64,000 nt of DNA from Entomortierella parvispora E1425 (GCA_020891255.1 BQFW01000015.1:2738633-2802632); one strand, 5' to 3'. Shown: positions 1 through 12,669, numbered from the stretch's first letter. The notes: a model not told the origin generated them from the sequence alone. Made by a program: numbers and translations.

Positions 1-1131
1 CTGTCTTGGGTCATCTCACCCGTCGCCGCCGGCTTAGTTTGCTCCATTTTCTTCTTGTTCACGAAATACGTGGTCCTCAACCACAGTGACTCATTCCGCC
101 GTGGTTTGATTGCTATTCCAGCCTATTTTGGTGTGGCCATCACGATCAACATCTTCTACATCATCTTCAAAGGCGCACCCAAGTCTGACCTGCAGAAGAA
201 GGCCATCGGCATCCCTGTCGCTATTGCTGTCGGCACTGGCGCCGTTGTTTTTGCCTGGTGCTTGATCTTCCTAAGCCCCTTCTTGCGTCGCAAAATCCAG
301 GATAACGAGGACCTCAAGTGGTACCATATGTTCTACACTCCTTTCGTCGGCACCCGCACCAAGGCTCCTGTTCATCAGGAAGAAGTTGCCCAGGTTGATG
401 GCAAGAACGAAAAGCTGGACTCTTCCGTCGATGTTGAGGTCGAGGGTCAGGCTAACCCGTCGCTGGTCAAGCTCGATGAAGCCGACAAGAAGCAGAGCCT
501 TGCCAAGCGTATCTTTACCAGAGCTCTTGCTGGTCTCAACCATGATATTAGTTCTGGTGAAGACAAGCACACCGTCGCGGCCCACGCGAACGCCACTAAG
601 TTTGATAACGACACTGAGCGTCTCTTCTCGGCTGTTCAGGTCATTACTGCTTGCTTCACATCGTTCGCTCACGGCTCCAACGATGTCGCCAATGCCATTG
701 GTCCCCTTGCCACCATCTACTACATCTGGGAGCACGCCGATATCAACGTCGCCAAGGCCCCCGTCCCTGTGTGGATCTTGGCTTTCGGTGGTGTTGCTAT
801 CGATCTTGGCTTGATGACCTATGGTTACCACGTCATGCGAACCCTTGGTAACAAGGTCACCTACATGTCCCCTACCCGTGGTTTCTCCGCCGAGATGGGT
901 ACTTCGATCACCATCTTGACCTGCTCTAAGCTCGCCCTCCCAGTCTCCTCCACCCATTGTATCACTGGTGCCACCACTGCCATTGGTCTCTTGTCCGGAG
1001 GCGGCTTCAAGTCACTGAACTGGCGGTTGCTCCTTGGAGTCTTTGCCGGCTGGGTTGCTACCCTTCCTGCCGCTGGATTGACCTCTGGTCTGATCTTTGC
1101 CTTTGTCTCCCGCTCTCCTCAGCTACTGTAG
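1..1131 (+). CDS. PHO89: PiT-family (PHO4/Pho89-type) inorganic phosphate symporter, 5' truncated by the window edge
   Basis: Frame is open from base 1. It carries the PiT signature SFAHGSNDVANAIGP and the C-terminal LPVSSTHCITGA segment, with multiple hydrophobic helices. Confidence 0.9.
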   Translation: MSWVISPVAAGLVCSIFFLFTKYVVLNHSDSFRRGLIAIPAYFGVAITINIFYIIFKGAPKSDLQKKAIGIPVAIAVGTGAVVFAWCLIFLSPFLRRKIQDNEDLKWYHMFYTPFVGTRTKAPVHQEEVAQVDGKNEKLDSSVDVEVEGQANPSLVKLDEADKKQSLAKRIFTRALAGLNHDISSGEDKHTVAAHANATKFDNDTERLFSAVQVITACFTSFAHGSNDVANAIGPLATIYYIWEHADINVAKAPVPVWILAFGGVAIDLGLMTYGYHVMRTLGNKVTYMSPTRGFSAEMGTSITILTCSKLALPVSSTHCITGATTAIGLLSGGGFKSLNWRLLLGVFAGWVATLPAAGLTSGLIFAFVSRSPQLL

Positions 1132-1519
1132 TTTAGTCATACTTTAATCATCATAACCATGTAATATACCTATTTTACAAACTGCACCCATTGAGCCATT
1201 CTGCATCTCTTCTAGTCGTCCACACGCGAGGACTGTGAGTAGTCTACACGACTTCTCGATGCTGTAAAAAACATGGTCCATAACACGCTTGGACACTCTG
1301 GAACCTGACCTGTTGGTGGCAAAGGCGGGTTGGTCACTTGATACAAATTCTTAAGGGCTGCCGGATCAGAACGAGTTGGTCACGTGAATCAAAGGAGCTG
1401 CAGCACTGGCAGCTGGCCGCCCCTTTTCTTTCCTCTTCTCTCTCTTTCTATCTTTCAACTCCAACCCGTCCTCCCCTGTTCCCACAACCAACCACCCGTC
1501 CACAGCCCTTGCAACCAAA

Positions 1520-2591
1520 ATGGCCGAAACCACCCCCCGCGACAGCCACGTTTACCTCGCCAAGCTTGCTGAGCAGGCTGAGCGCTACGAAGGTAACCAG
1601 CTGCTGAATATACACCCCCGACAATTTTTCAGACCGCCAGCACCTTTGCCTCGCCACTTTTGCTGTCAATTTCTTTTTATTTTATTACATGGTCCCCCTT
1701 TCCTATCCATCTCTGTAAAGGATGCTCTTTGCCGCCGTGTATTGTTTCAACTTCTCCTGCTTGGCTGAGTGAATTTCTTGCCGAGAAGTGCGTCAACAAC
1801 AACAACAACAAAAATGACAAACGCGTGACCAGACCTGGGTCTGGCTCGTGAGAGAAGGTCAAGAGGTGGGGGTGAGAACAAAAACGTGGCTTACCTTGGT
1901 CTCTGTATGAGGCCTTTTTTCCCGTGTTGTTTTGTGAGTGAACGACGTTATGGACTAGTAGATTTAGCTGGAGACGAACTAATGGACGTGCTGTCATCAT
2001 CTGATGACAACCAAAAGGACGTTATTTTTGGCGCAAAGACGCGGACCGGACGTCCCAGAGTTCAGTCGACAGGACTGGGGCATTTAGACCAGCACATCTG
2101 GAGCAGTTGGCAAGGGCAAGGATGATGGAGATGGTGGGCCGATGGCCCCACCCCCCGTTGACATCGTTCTCTTTCCCCTGTGCGCCTCCTGACGTTCCCC
2201 CAGCTCCTTGTTCCCTTTTTTTCCTTCCAGTTTCTGGGTGTCCCCACCACGTCACATTTTCTATTTCCTTCTCAGTCATTGTCCCCCTTCTCCGCAATAT
2301 CTTGCTGGCATGTCATACATGGTGCAAAGGGGGGCAAGCATAGGCAATCCTTGCCTTTGGATCGTTTTTTTTTCTTTCTTTTGAATTTGTTCAGACTGCT
2401 CTGAGGAGAGAGAAAGGGGGGATTACATGGCCCCCCACTTGTTTTTGGCTGGTGGGAACAAGGTGAGGAAAAACAAGGTTGGAGAGCACGAGGGCTGACC
2501 TTTATGGCTTTTTTTTATCTTTCTTTTGATAGAGATGGTTGAGGAGATGAAGGAAGTCGCCTTCACCGACCAGGAGCTTACCGTCGAGGAG

Positions 2592-2623
<32 letters not shown>

Positions 2624-3425
2624 TATTGGTGCTCGCCGTGCTTCGTGGCGCATTGTTTCTTCCATCGAGCAAAAGGAGGAGTCCAAGGGTGCCGGTGACC
2701 ACGTCTCGATGATCAAGACCTACCGTGCCAAGATCGAGGAGGAGCTCGCCAAGATCTGCAATGATATCCTCATGGTCTTGGAGAAGCACTTGATCCCTGC
2801 CGCAGGAATGGGCGAGTCCAAGGTCTTTTACCACAAGATGATGGGCGATTACCACCGTTACTTGGCCGAGTTTGCCACTGGCGAGAAGCGCAAGGAGGCT
2901 GCCGATAAGTCTTTGGTGGCCTACAAGGCTGCTTCCGAGGTTGCCATCACCGAGTTGCCCCCTACTCACCCCATCCGCCTCGGTTTGGCCCTCAACTTCT
3001 CTGTCTTCTACTACGAGATCTTGAACTCTCCCGATCGTGCTTGCCATTTGGCCAAGCAGGCTTTCGATGATGCCATTGCCGAGTTGGACACCCTCAGCGA
3101 GGAGAGCTACAAGGACTCTACATTGATCATGCAGCTCTTGAGAGACAACTTGACCCTCTGGACCTCTGACATGCAGGATGGTACAGTGCTTTGCCATTTG
3201 AGTGCTTGCCTATCTCCAACGTGACAATCTGTTACTGTTTACTGACTCTTTTCTCTCTCTCTCTTCATATTCATATTCTCCCTGGACTCGATGACGCCAA
3301 TTTTTGTTTTGGAATGATCAACGAACGACACGCCCAACTTTCGATTACCCAAAAACACAACTGTCGACGGCAACCAAACAGCCCCCAGACCTGATGCTGA
3401 GGCAGACCCCGCTCCCGAAGATTAG
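1520..3425 (+). CDS. BMH1: 14-3-3 protein; exons 1520-1592, 2533-3180 and a probable last exon 3382-3425
   Basis: Spliced product reads [16 protein letters not shown]...[20 protein letters not shown]...[16 protein letters not shown]. Introns are GT-AG. The last exon is the least certain part. Confidence 0.95.
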
Positions 3426-3553
3426 AGTGCAGTCTTTGATGACTTTTGTTGACGAGAACACAATCAAAGCCCACCCCCAGAAGAAGACGTATTCCCCCCA
3501 ACCCCCTTTCCCGCATGCTATTAAAGGCACCGAGTTTATTTTCCTTGAGTTCT

Positions 3554-4483
3554 TCAACTACACCGATAAATATAAAATTGCTGTTGACTTCCACCGCATA
3601 CAAGATGTCGCTGCAGTTCTGGGATTTCCCATCGCATGGACAAAACTACCTTTTTTTTGCTTTCAATCACATCAATCAGAAGAGGGGCGAGCTTGGACAA
3701 GGCCTCTGGCAGCAGGTAAACAAAGACGTGGGAGCTGGACCGGATGAGTGCTTCCATTGTTGCAGTGTTTGACTCTTCCAGCTGGGTTGTGGGGACCATG
3801 ATGGGCAGCAGAGGGTCATGTTGGGCGATGATGTCTCCATAGTAGAGTTCTAATCTTGAGAGGATGGGGTCTCCTTCCGCCTTTTGCTGCTTTTCTTTTG
3901 TCAGAAAGGTGTCGCGAGATTGTTCCAACAAAGCTTTGTCCAGATCGACACCAATGGCTCTCTTCAGTTTGGAAGGCGGAAACGTTTCGAGAGCTTGGCG
4001 CAAAACCAGGCCATCGCCACATCCAAGATCGAGAAGGGTATCTTGACCAGGACTCTGAAACTCGACATGCTGGAGCATAGTCTCGAGGAGGTTTTGAGGC
4101 GTTGGCCGGAAGGGAGAGACAAATCCACTGGCCCTGAAATAAAAAGAGTCGAGTCAGATATGTAACAAGAGAACACGCGCCCTTCCATCTATTCCTCCTT
4201 CTCCTCTCTTCTTCCTCTCCTCTCTTCGTGACATTATCCGTATATGTATATCCACAGGGACCCCTCCCAAGGCGATTACTGTTCCTTACCAATCGTAAGA
4301 AAAGAGGCGTGATCCTCCTGCTCCATGGGGCTGGGTCTCGTTCAACAGGTCTGGATTATCCTTGTAGCGATCGTATTCTTCTTCCTTGTCCTCTTGTCCG
4401 ATTTCCATGCCCAAGTCATGCTCGTCAGCGGGGCTTCCTTCCTGGAGCTGTAATGGTGAGTACTGCTGAGTGTTTTCTTCCAT
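3554..4483 (-). CDS. Class I SAM-dependent methyltransferase; exons 4483-4290 and 4133-3554
   Basis: The splice joins YDW-ASGFVSPFRPTP. Motif I LLDLGCGDG and a later VFVYLLP strand are present. Confidence 0.75.
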
Positions 4484-5173
4484 GGTGCCCAGTGAAGAAT
4501 GCGAATGCAACGTTGGGAAACTTGAATGCGAAAAACAAAGGCGCTGTCTTCCACGTGACCGTCGCGTTCAGGAAAAAAAAGTCGCGTTTCGCGCATGCCT
4601 TTTTTTTTTTGCTCCATTCTGAACGACTTGTGCACTGCAGTTGCACTTATCTTGTTGATCATAGTCACAGAAGAAAAACTTAGAAGAGCTGGTGTCCGGT
4701 AGAATGTATCAAAGCCAGGATCTGTATCAAGAAATGGAGAGAGATTGGCACCGTATTCAAGAAAGTCACCAAAGAAAACAACACAGACGAATCAAAGAAT
4801 AAAGATACAAAGAACGATACGAAGGGGCAGGAAGATTGATCGATTGTCCAAAGTATTTCGACCTTGGGACTGGGTCTGACAGTATCTGTCATTTCTTTCA
4901 ACAGATAGCGTATTTTATTTGCTCTGTCATCGTTACTGAGACTTGAGTTAGCAAAGTTGTCTTTCAGAATAGGATAGAGGCCGAGTCGAAGTACTTTGTT
5001 TCAATGGTTTACTTGAAGTCAGTGTTGCCACTCTTCCATACTCCACATATAATGTTCGCATTGGTTGGTCCACATTGTTAATGGACTGTGCCCCTCAACC
5101 CCCCTCGGCATCCACACGTTGGAACTTGATAACAGACTGGCGACAAAGACTTTTATTTTTTATTGTGCTCAGT

Positions 5174-6875
5174 TCACTTGGCTGCAACAGCAGTTGTGGG
5201 CTTTTCAGCCTTGTTCTGGTTTCCCTGCATGGGCTTGCGGTCTGAAGGACCGCCACCACGGGCATTGTTGGCGCGGTTTCCTCCTCCACCACGAGGACCA
5301 TTTTGTCCATGCGACTGAGGTCCTCCTCCTTGGTGGCTATTAAAGGCACGAGGTCCTCCGTTTGCGTTGTTGCTGTTCCGGCGACGTTCCTCCGCCAACA
5401 CAACCTCGTTTCCGACAGGAACTGTGTTCTGCTTCAAAGCCGCGTTCATCGAGTCGGCGGTTGAGAAGTCCATGAAGGCACAGTTCCTCTTTTGAGTGTA
5501 TTCAAGATGGGTGATGTGTCCAAACTTTGAAAATGCATCTTTCAGCTGCTCCAGCGACATGCGTTCCGTCACGTTCTTGATGTAGATGGAGTGGTATTCC
5601 TCTCGTCCATTGGGTCGGCTGCTCTGTGGACGTGGGGATTGGGACGCCTGGCTCGGTGCTTGGACCTTGGTGGCAGAAGAAGGTGCCGATGGAGCTGTCA
5701 CGGGAGCGGTAACGGCGCCAGCCTTTGCAGCAGCTACCTGGGTGCCCCACTGTGTCGAATTCTTGGCAGCGAGCGTTGCCCAGGTGTTTGCCTTGGGTGG
5801 TTGGGGGGCTGCAGGAGCAGGGGCGGGAGCAGACGTGGCGGCAGGCACGGCGTTCTCGGCAGAGTCCTTGACTGGCTCCTGGGTGATCGACTTTGTAGAG
5901 TCAGAGGGGTTCACAGCCTCAGGTTTCTCCTGGATTGAGTCGTCGGCTTTGGTGTCCTTTTTGTCTGTAGCCTTCTTTTCAGTTTTCTTTTCAGTTGTCT
6001 TCTTCTCAGTCTTCCGCTCTGCAGTCTTTTTCTCTCCAGTCTTCTTGGTCTCTCCACTCGTGACCTGAGTCAAAGGGGCGACGGGAGCCTGAATCTCCTG
6101 AACCTGCGTCCTGGTCACAGTCTCTTCCGTAGCCGCAGTAAGATCAGTAGCGGGTGCGCTAGCCTCAACGGCGGCCTGGAGGACGGGCTTTTCCTCCGAG
6201 ATCGGAGCCTGATCATGAATATCCTGAGAAGCAATGACGGCATGGGTTGGATCGGCGTGGTTTTCCAGAGATGCGATTGCCTCTTCCTCATCCTCTTCAT
6301 CATCGAGGTCCTCCTTCAGGTAGCGGAAGAGATCGTTCAACACATAGAATCCTCCGTGCTGTTCCGCCAAAAAGAAGGTCTGGACAAACTTTTGAGCTGG
6401 CCCTCCCTTGTTGGAGAGTTCGCCGAGCACCTGGATAATGATGCCGTTTCCAAAAGATTCCTGACAGTCTACGTTGCTGACCAACACTCTGCAGTCATCA
6501 AACTCGAGGCCTGCAATCTTGGTCTTGATGGCCTAGATAATGCAAGCAGCGGAAGGAGAGGTGGGGCAGTGGCATGGATTAGGACTCAATCAAAGTGTTT
6601 TTTTCAAGTGGCAACCATGGCTCATCCATGATGGAATAGTACGTCATTGTTCAAGCACATGCCTGCAGACCATGGCACGCCTCCACATCCTCGCCTTGGA
6701 AACCATGGCTCAAGGTTGAGTTTTTCTTGTAAAAGAGATGGAGACGCAATGGCTCCTTGTTCAAGAACGTATAGAATTCGTGGACAAAGGCCATGCCGAC
6801 TTCAAGAGGGTTGACGGAGGTGGCGGGGGAGGCGCCTTCAGGGGCGGAGGGGGTGTTGGCGTCGGTAGCAGCCAT
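5174..6875 (-). CDS. G3BP/Nxt3/Bre5-like protein (NTF2 domain, low-complexity linker, RRM, RGG tail); exons 6875-6663 and 6532-5174
   Basis: NTF2 motifs VGMAFVHEFYTFLNKEP and KFVQTFFLAEQ..FYVLNDLFRY, an RRM (SIYIKNV...NCAFMDF) and a Gly/Arg-rich C-terminus. Confidence 0.9.
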
Positions 6876-7133
6876 TATGGTTAAGTTCTGGCTTGGTGAG
6901 GCGGAGAGGAGGAGGAGGGAGGGAGTGGAAGAGAAGGGGATGGGATGGATGAGGAAGAAGAAAAAGAGAGGAAAAGACGATGTGTGTCCCGGGGAGACTT
7001 TGGGGGGTATTTGTCCGCGTCACTCACTTCTTTTTTTCCCTTCTTTTCTGATCACAGCTGCATGCATGTCGAGCGCGTTTATTTGTTGTCTGGGGTCTGC
7101 CCCCCTCTCCATTTCCTTTGCCTTTCGCCATAT

Positions 7134-9406
7134 TTACTTGCTAAAGTCTACAAAGAACTCCCAGCGACCCTCAGCAAGGCCCTTGGCAGTGTCTTCCAAC
7201 ACGACCTCACGGCGGCTGCCCACGTACACTGTCTTGTCGAGGACCTGTTGACGCAACTCTGCAATCTTTTCCCGTTCGATGGGCTTCTCCAATAGTTCGC
7301 TCAGTGCCTCAACTGCCACCTCCAAGTCGCGCTGGTTGTCCTCGAAAAGATCCGTCATGTTGTTTCGGGCCAGGTAGAAAGCAAAGGCATATGTCCAGCG
7401 GAGAGTCATACGGCATGATGTCAAGACATCCACAGCCTTCTTGAGGAACTGAACTTCAATCCAGGACAAGTCACTGGTCCGCTGCATCTCCTCCATCTTC
7501 TTCTCGGTCTTCGTGTACAAGTCACGGTCCAGCTTGGCCGAATGCTCGTGGTTCGCAAAGCGGTTGTAGTACTATCAATTGGTTCAAGAGATCAAAAGAG
7601 TCAGATCGGCAAAGTCGGTGTCCAAAAATCGAGTTGGTCAAAGAAAATGAGAGGAGACTTACATGAAGGTATCGCTCGAGCGATGCTCGGGACTTTGCTT
7701 GCTGATCACGAGCGTCTGTGCTGCTGGTTTCTTCGAAGCGGTTACAGTTATACCAGCTGGTTCCATGTTCGGACCAGGGACCCATGCAGACCCAGCAAAA
7801 CTCGTATTTACACTTGCGGCATGTCATATGGTTGCATCCTCCGTTCTTCTCAATGGTTGACAGACACTTTCCACACTCCTTAGTATGGGCCGAGATCCAG
7901 TTGGCTGTCTCAGAGTCATCGGCGCATTTTTTCTGCCACATCTTGACTAGTCCACATGCAGCCGGCTGATGGTCACCAAGACCGCAACCAAAACAGAACT
8001 TGTACCCACAAGCGCACAAGACTGTCGGCACCACCGTCTTGAATGAAGAATGTGGAAGACGACAGTCAATGGCGTTCTCGCAATTTGGTGCTGGGCACCA
8101 TCGGAGGTTATCAAGGTCGGCAACATACGCTCTATCCTGCAACTGTTGATATCTGTTCCAAGGAGAGAGGGAGGGGGTAGAAAGAGAGGGGAGGGTAAGT
8201 CCTAGTCCACAAGCTCACAAAAAAAGTCAATATTGGCCGAACAGGATGGCCTTCATACTTAGCAATCACCGTGGGTTGCACGGCCTTCTTTATAGTCTCC
8301 TCATCCACGATGGTATTGCAACCAGACTCGGGGCAAAGGATCCGGCGGCACTCGCCTTCCTCAACAATCTTTTGGGTGAGGTATTGTTCATAGCATGGCT
8401 GGCAAAAAACGTGGCCGCATCGAAGTCCCAATGCAGGACCTGCACTGCTATCGTCGAAGCAAATCATGCAAACGAAACCTCTTGGCCGTTTAAGAACAGG
8501 TGTGTGCACATCATCCAGGACAATGCCCGCTTGATTCAAGATCTCTTGAGAATGATCCATATATCGCTCCACAAGGCGCTCCTTGTTCCATTTGAAGCTC
8601 CTGAGCAATGCAGTCGCCTGTTGCAAAGACACACCCAGAATGCCGGAAACATGGCTTGCGGCGGAAGTTTGGGCAGCCATGATATCGGCAAGGGGCAGGA
8701 CTGAGAAATCGACCTCGTACGCCTTTTTGCGTTGCTTCTCTGTAATCATGTCCTGGAACCCCATGTCCCCTGTTTGTCCAAACTCGGTGTCTACAGAACA
8801 AGTGCATAAAACCAAGGAAAAGATCAGTACAGAGAACAGTGGTATCATTCATTGTGCTCGGACTCTGGGCACAGGGGAACGGACAGCGCAGGAGGGCGAG
8901 CATGACAGGCACGGAAAGGGTCACTGCAAGTGGTGGCAAAGCACAATGGAGGTCCTTTTGGAGCAATGACGGGCTGCGCCATGGATCGAGACCAGGGGCA
9001 TTTTTCGCTGCTCGGTTTGAGTCAGCTTCTGCCGCAGCAGCAAACAACCATGGTCGCCATGGTGAGGGATTGTGTCGACACGCATTTGAAGAATGGGGGA
9101 AGAACAGGCGATGACAATAAGGGGTCGACATGCGTGCTTTCTGGAGTCCATTACGACTCACTCCTGGAAATGATTGTGAGCACGAAGTAATTCATCCAAG
9201 ATAGGATTCTTACCAGACTCATCCTCGTCATCGTCTTCAAAGTCGTTCTCGTCATAATCAGAAGAGCCTAATGGAGGTGGATAGCAAGCAACGCCATGGA
9301 GTGAGTTTGAGGATAGGGTCATGAAGAGTGTTGCATTCAATGAAAGAAAAAAAAAAGTCGGCGTCTTACCCTCGAACTCATCTTCGCTTATGGTTCCTGC
9401 GCTCAT
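7134..9406 (-). CDS. ARI1: Ariadne-family RBR E3 ubiquitin ligase; small acidic 5' exons at 9406-9370 and 9267-9214, next exon starts at 8790
   Basis: RING1 (CMICFDD...CGHVFC), IBR (WCPAPNC), RING2 (KECGKC..IEKNGGCNHMTC) and the Ariadne domain (RMTLRWTYAFAFY). Exon phases join in frame. Confidence 0.92.
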
Positions 9407-9648
9407 GGTGTGTGGGTGTGGTGGCTGTAGTGGTGGTGGCGGTAAAAGAATAAGATATAAAGAAGAAGAGGAAGAAGGACACGAGAAAGAGGAGTTGATA
9501 CAATGAGATGGAGTGAAGATGAATGAAGGAAGGAAGAAAAGAAAGAATGAAAAAAAAGCCAGAAGGACGGAAGGGTGGAAAAGGGGACAGGACAGAGACA
9601 GATAGACAGAAACACACACACACGCCTCCAATCTTCCCGCTGCGTTGA

Positions 9649-9680
9649 GTGTGCAGTGTGCAGTGTGCAGTGTGCAGTGT
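9649..9680. repeat. (GTGTGCA)4+ heptamer tandem repeat in the divergent ARI1/RRG8-like intergenic region
   Basis: Read directly from the sequence. Confidence 0.85.
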
Positions 9681-9922
9681 TCCCTGATTGAGCACCGCTG
9701 ACTGACTGACTTTGGCCCTCTTCTTTCTTCCGTCGGATCCCCCCTTCTTCTCCTTTGCCTGTTCTGTTCTGTTCTCCTCCCCTGCACGGGTCGTGTGGTG
9801 GCGTTTCGTATTCTGATCTCATTCTTTGTTCATTCATTCGTTTATTCATTCGCCCTTTTGCTGACTGGGTGGTCTGTCCATTCCTCTCCTCCTACACATC
9901 CCTCCAGCTCATCTCAACGTCA

Positions 9923-11190
9923 ATGGCTCATCGACCGCGCACTCCAGCTTTGCCTCGGCCCCTGCCGCGCTCGTTTATTCTCGACCACATGGCAGCCCCT
10001 CGTCTAAAACGTACACTGGAGCCTACAGCGCCAGGTCGCTCCAGCGAGTTTGAGCTGCGGATGGCTTCCAATCCCTACGGTACTTCAGAAATATGTAATC
10101 CAGTTAGAAAGAAGCCGAGCCACACAACGCATCTAACGCTCGTTCACCACACAGCTGCTATCCTTGCTTCTCCTATCCGCATGTGCATCTACACCAGAAA
10201 GATCCTACCCAACGGTAGGAAAAGATCTCCTCGGCGCTTGGATTTAATGTTTACCGTCGCAGGAAAAAAAAACTGACGCCGATCCGTTGAATAGGTATGA
10301 TGACTAGGCTCATTCAGGCGGCGCCACCTCATGGATCAGAAGATAATCGTCCCTGGATCGTCCCTGATCGGATACTTCCAACAGACACAGCTTCATCGCG
10401 GGCAGGCGCGAGTAGATGGGCATTCTCTAGATCAGACATTTTAGCCGGTGTTGCAAAAGAAGGTAACGCACGCGTTCTCACCCGTAACAAACATGCCAGT
10501 AGATCTTTCAACTCAAATCCTCCTTACCATTGTTCTGTGAATATAGGAAAGTATAAAATATTGAGCGCGTGGGCGCACATGCGCCCTGACACGGCTGAGC
10601 TTGTCTATGCTCAATGGACAATACGGGTAGCAAAGGACTTTCAGGTCGCGGTGAGGGATCGAAAGAGGGGTGCACGTGTCTTTACCGCAGTCAAACAAGT
10701 CAACGCGGGCTCGGATGCCAGCCAAGACTCGTTGGAGACCAACAATGACATAGCATTCGAGATACCAGAGAACAGACGCCTCCAGTGCGTGTTGCATTTT
10801 AAAAGCTATGGGCACGAATCGACGCGTGCTGACTCGACAGCTGATAAGAATCCCCCTGACCTGGGGGCGCTGCCTTCTAAAGCCGCAGTTCCTTCAATTA
10901 GTCTTCCAACGTTCATGCCCCGGAGCCAACTCCAGAGCGAGGTTAGTCTGTGCCGCAAAGGAACGAGCTGCGGCAGAGTGCCAATGTACGACATGGATCT
11001 TTTATTTCACAACAACCCCAAAGGGTTGGAGGCAATACTGAAAACATTCCTGGATCAAGTAAAAGATCCCATGTCTTTACTTGCGGACGAAGATGGACTA
11101 AAGATAGGTCTTACGGCAGCCCCACACACGGTGGAGCTAGCTCAGGGCTTGTTCAAGTTGGTATCCATGCATCCAGATCCTTCGCAATAA
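9923..11190 (+). CDS. Hypothetical protein with an RRG8-like motif (putative mitochondrial); 3 exons
   Basis: Spliced SNPY-AAILASPIRMCIYTRKILP resembles the recalled RRG8 motif SNPxAxxLASPxRxC. In-frame GT-AG introns lie at 10080-10154 and near 10216-10294. Confidence 0.5.
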
Positions 11191-11287
11191 ATTCATCAAC
11201 ACATGTAGAGTAATGAAAAAAGCAAGTGTGGAGTGCATTTTTTTTTGGAATCGTTTTTTTTTATGTATTGGCGCGCTGTCTCCACCT

Positions 11288-12371
11288 CTAGGAGTCGATG
11301 TCCATGCTTTGGTTGTCAGCTGCAGCTGCCGAAGATTCTGCAGTAGCCTTGTTTTCTGTATCAGCATGCTCGTGCTCCTTTACAACAACATCCTCTTCCA
11401 TCTCTTCTTCCATCTCTGCTTGACCTTCATCTAGGCCCTTCACGACCAATTCCACTTGGGCTTCCCGCTTGAGTTCATCGATCTCTACGGGTGCTGGAGA
11501 CAAGCTTTCAAAGTCCTGTGGCGTGTTGGCCTGGGTCTCGACCGGGGTTTCAAGAGAAGGAGTGAACACGAGTCGTCCAGAGTCCGCATCATCATCGTCC
11601 ATTAGATCTGCCCTATTCCTGATGGATTCTGGCCGCGTCGTCGAAGGCTTGGTGGGTGGGTGACTTGAGGCTGCCGCAGGTTTCTCGTGGTCCATGTAAG
11701 CCTGGGAGGTACGGCGGGAAGAATGTCCAGCTCGATCCTCTTCATCTTCGTCTTCTCCTGTAGGCATGGGCGTGGAAGCATTTGTTTCGTCAGCGTCCTG
11801 TAGCGTGGGAAGGGCTGGCAAGGGTGTTCCTGCCTCCTACATAAATGAGGTTTATAAAAAGTCAGCAAGGCTGAGTTTTCACATAATGTCACGCGGCCAT
11901 TACAGGAACCCTCAGATTGCAGCTATGGACAAACCTCCTCTGCAAGACGGGGAACTGGTGCCTGTTCAATCTCCTCATCCTCGTCATCATCATCAAAGTC
12001 AACTTGGCGTTCCGCTAAATATGAGGAGGCGCAAGATTGTCAGAAAATAGAAGACCTGGCTACGATTTCCAGTAACTGTAGTAATTTGCAGCAACAAGAC
12101 GTACATTTCACCCATTTAAACACTTGAAGCCCTTTTCCGTTCTTGGATTCTGCCCACTTTTTGTCCCTGCATACAATAAGGAGAAAGCCAGTCAGTCGCC
12201 TATTTTGTTCCATCGCGATGAGGTTGAGAACCCAGGAGATGTACATGCTTGATGTGTGTCAAGCCCATACCAGCATTGAACTGGCTGCAACACAGCCCTC
12301 TTGAGACGGTCGTGTTCTCCTCCTGCGGTGTTCCTGACTCCTCTGCCTTCTCTTGGACGCGTCGAGGTCAT
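11288..12371 (-). CDS. BCL7-like protein (N-terminal WxKKW...LxxFKWV motif plus acidic disordered tail); exons 12371-12271, 12166-12105, 12014-11935, 11836-11288
   Basis: Four exons with GT-AG introns join into one 263-aa frame starting MTSTRPREGRGVRNTAGGEHDRLKRAVLQPVQCWDKKWAESKNGKGLQVFKWVKSERQ. The gene model is solid; the family call is from memory. Confidence 0.6.
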
Positions 12372-12669
12372 TCTATGAATAGTTGTGGTGGATGGTTTGC
12401 AGGTTGCATCTCTGAGAAAGAGAAGGTGCCAATGTCGATCTATGCAACAAATGCGATTGAGGTCGTACTTGTGCGTGACAATTGGCACGTGACCTGATTT
12501 GCAAAAAATCTCCGAAAAGGCTGCTGGGCTTTGACTCGGACAATCATTTTCTCTGGGTGAGTCAGTGTCCAGGTGGACGCCACCATCTTGGCCTCTGATA
12601 TATGACAGCCTTGCTCGTCAGTTGTTTCCTCCTCCTTCCTCCCTTCCTGCCACTTGAACTATATCCGTC

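Noticed and set aside
271-957. Long antisense ORFs over conserved genes (also 2502-3197, 31689-32060, 32563-33012, 37211-37597, 38101-38511, 50214-51485, 52553-53011)
   Set aside because: These are shadow ORFs on the opposite strand of genes with strong codon bias and show no independent protein features.
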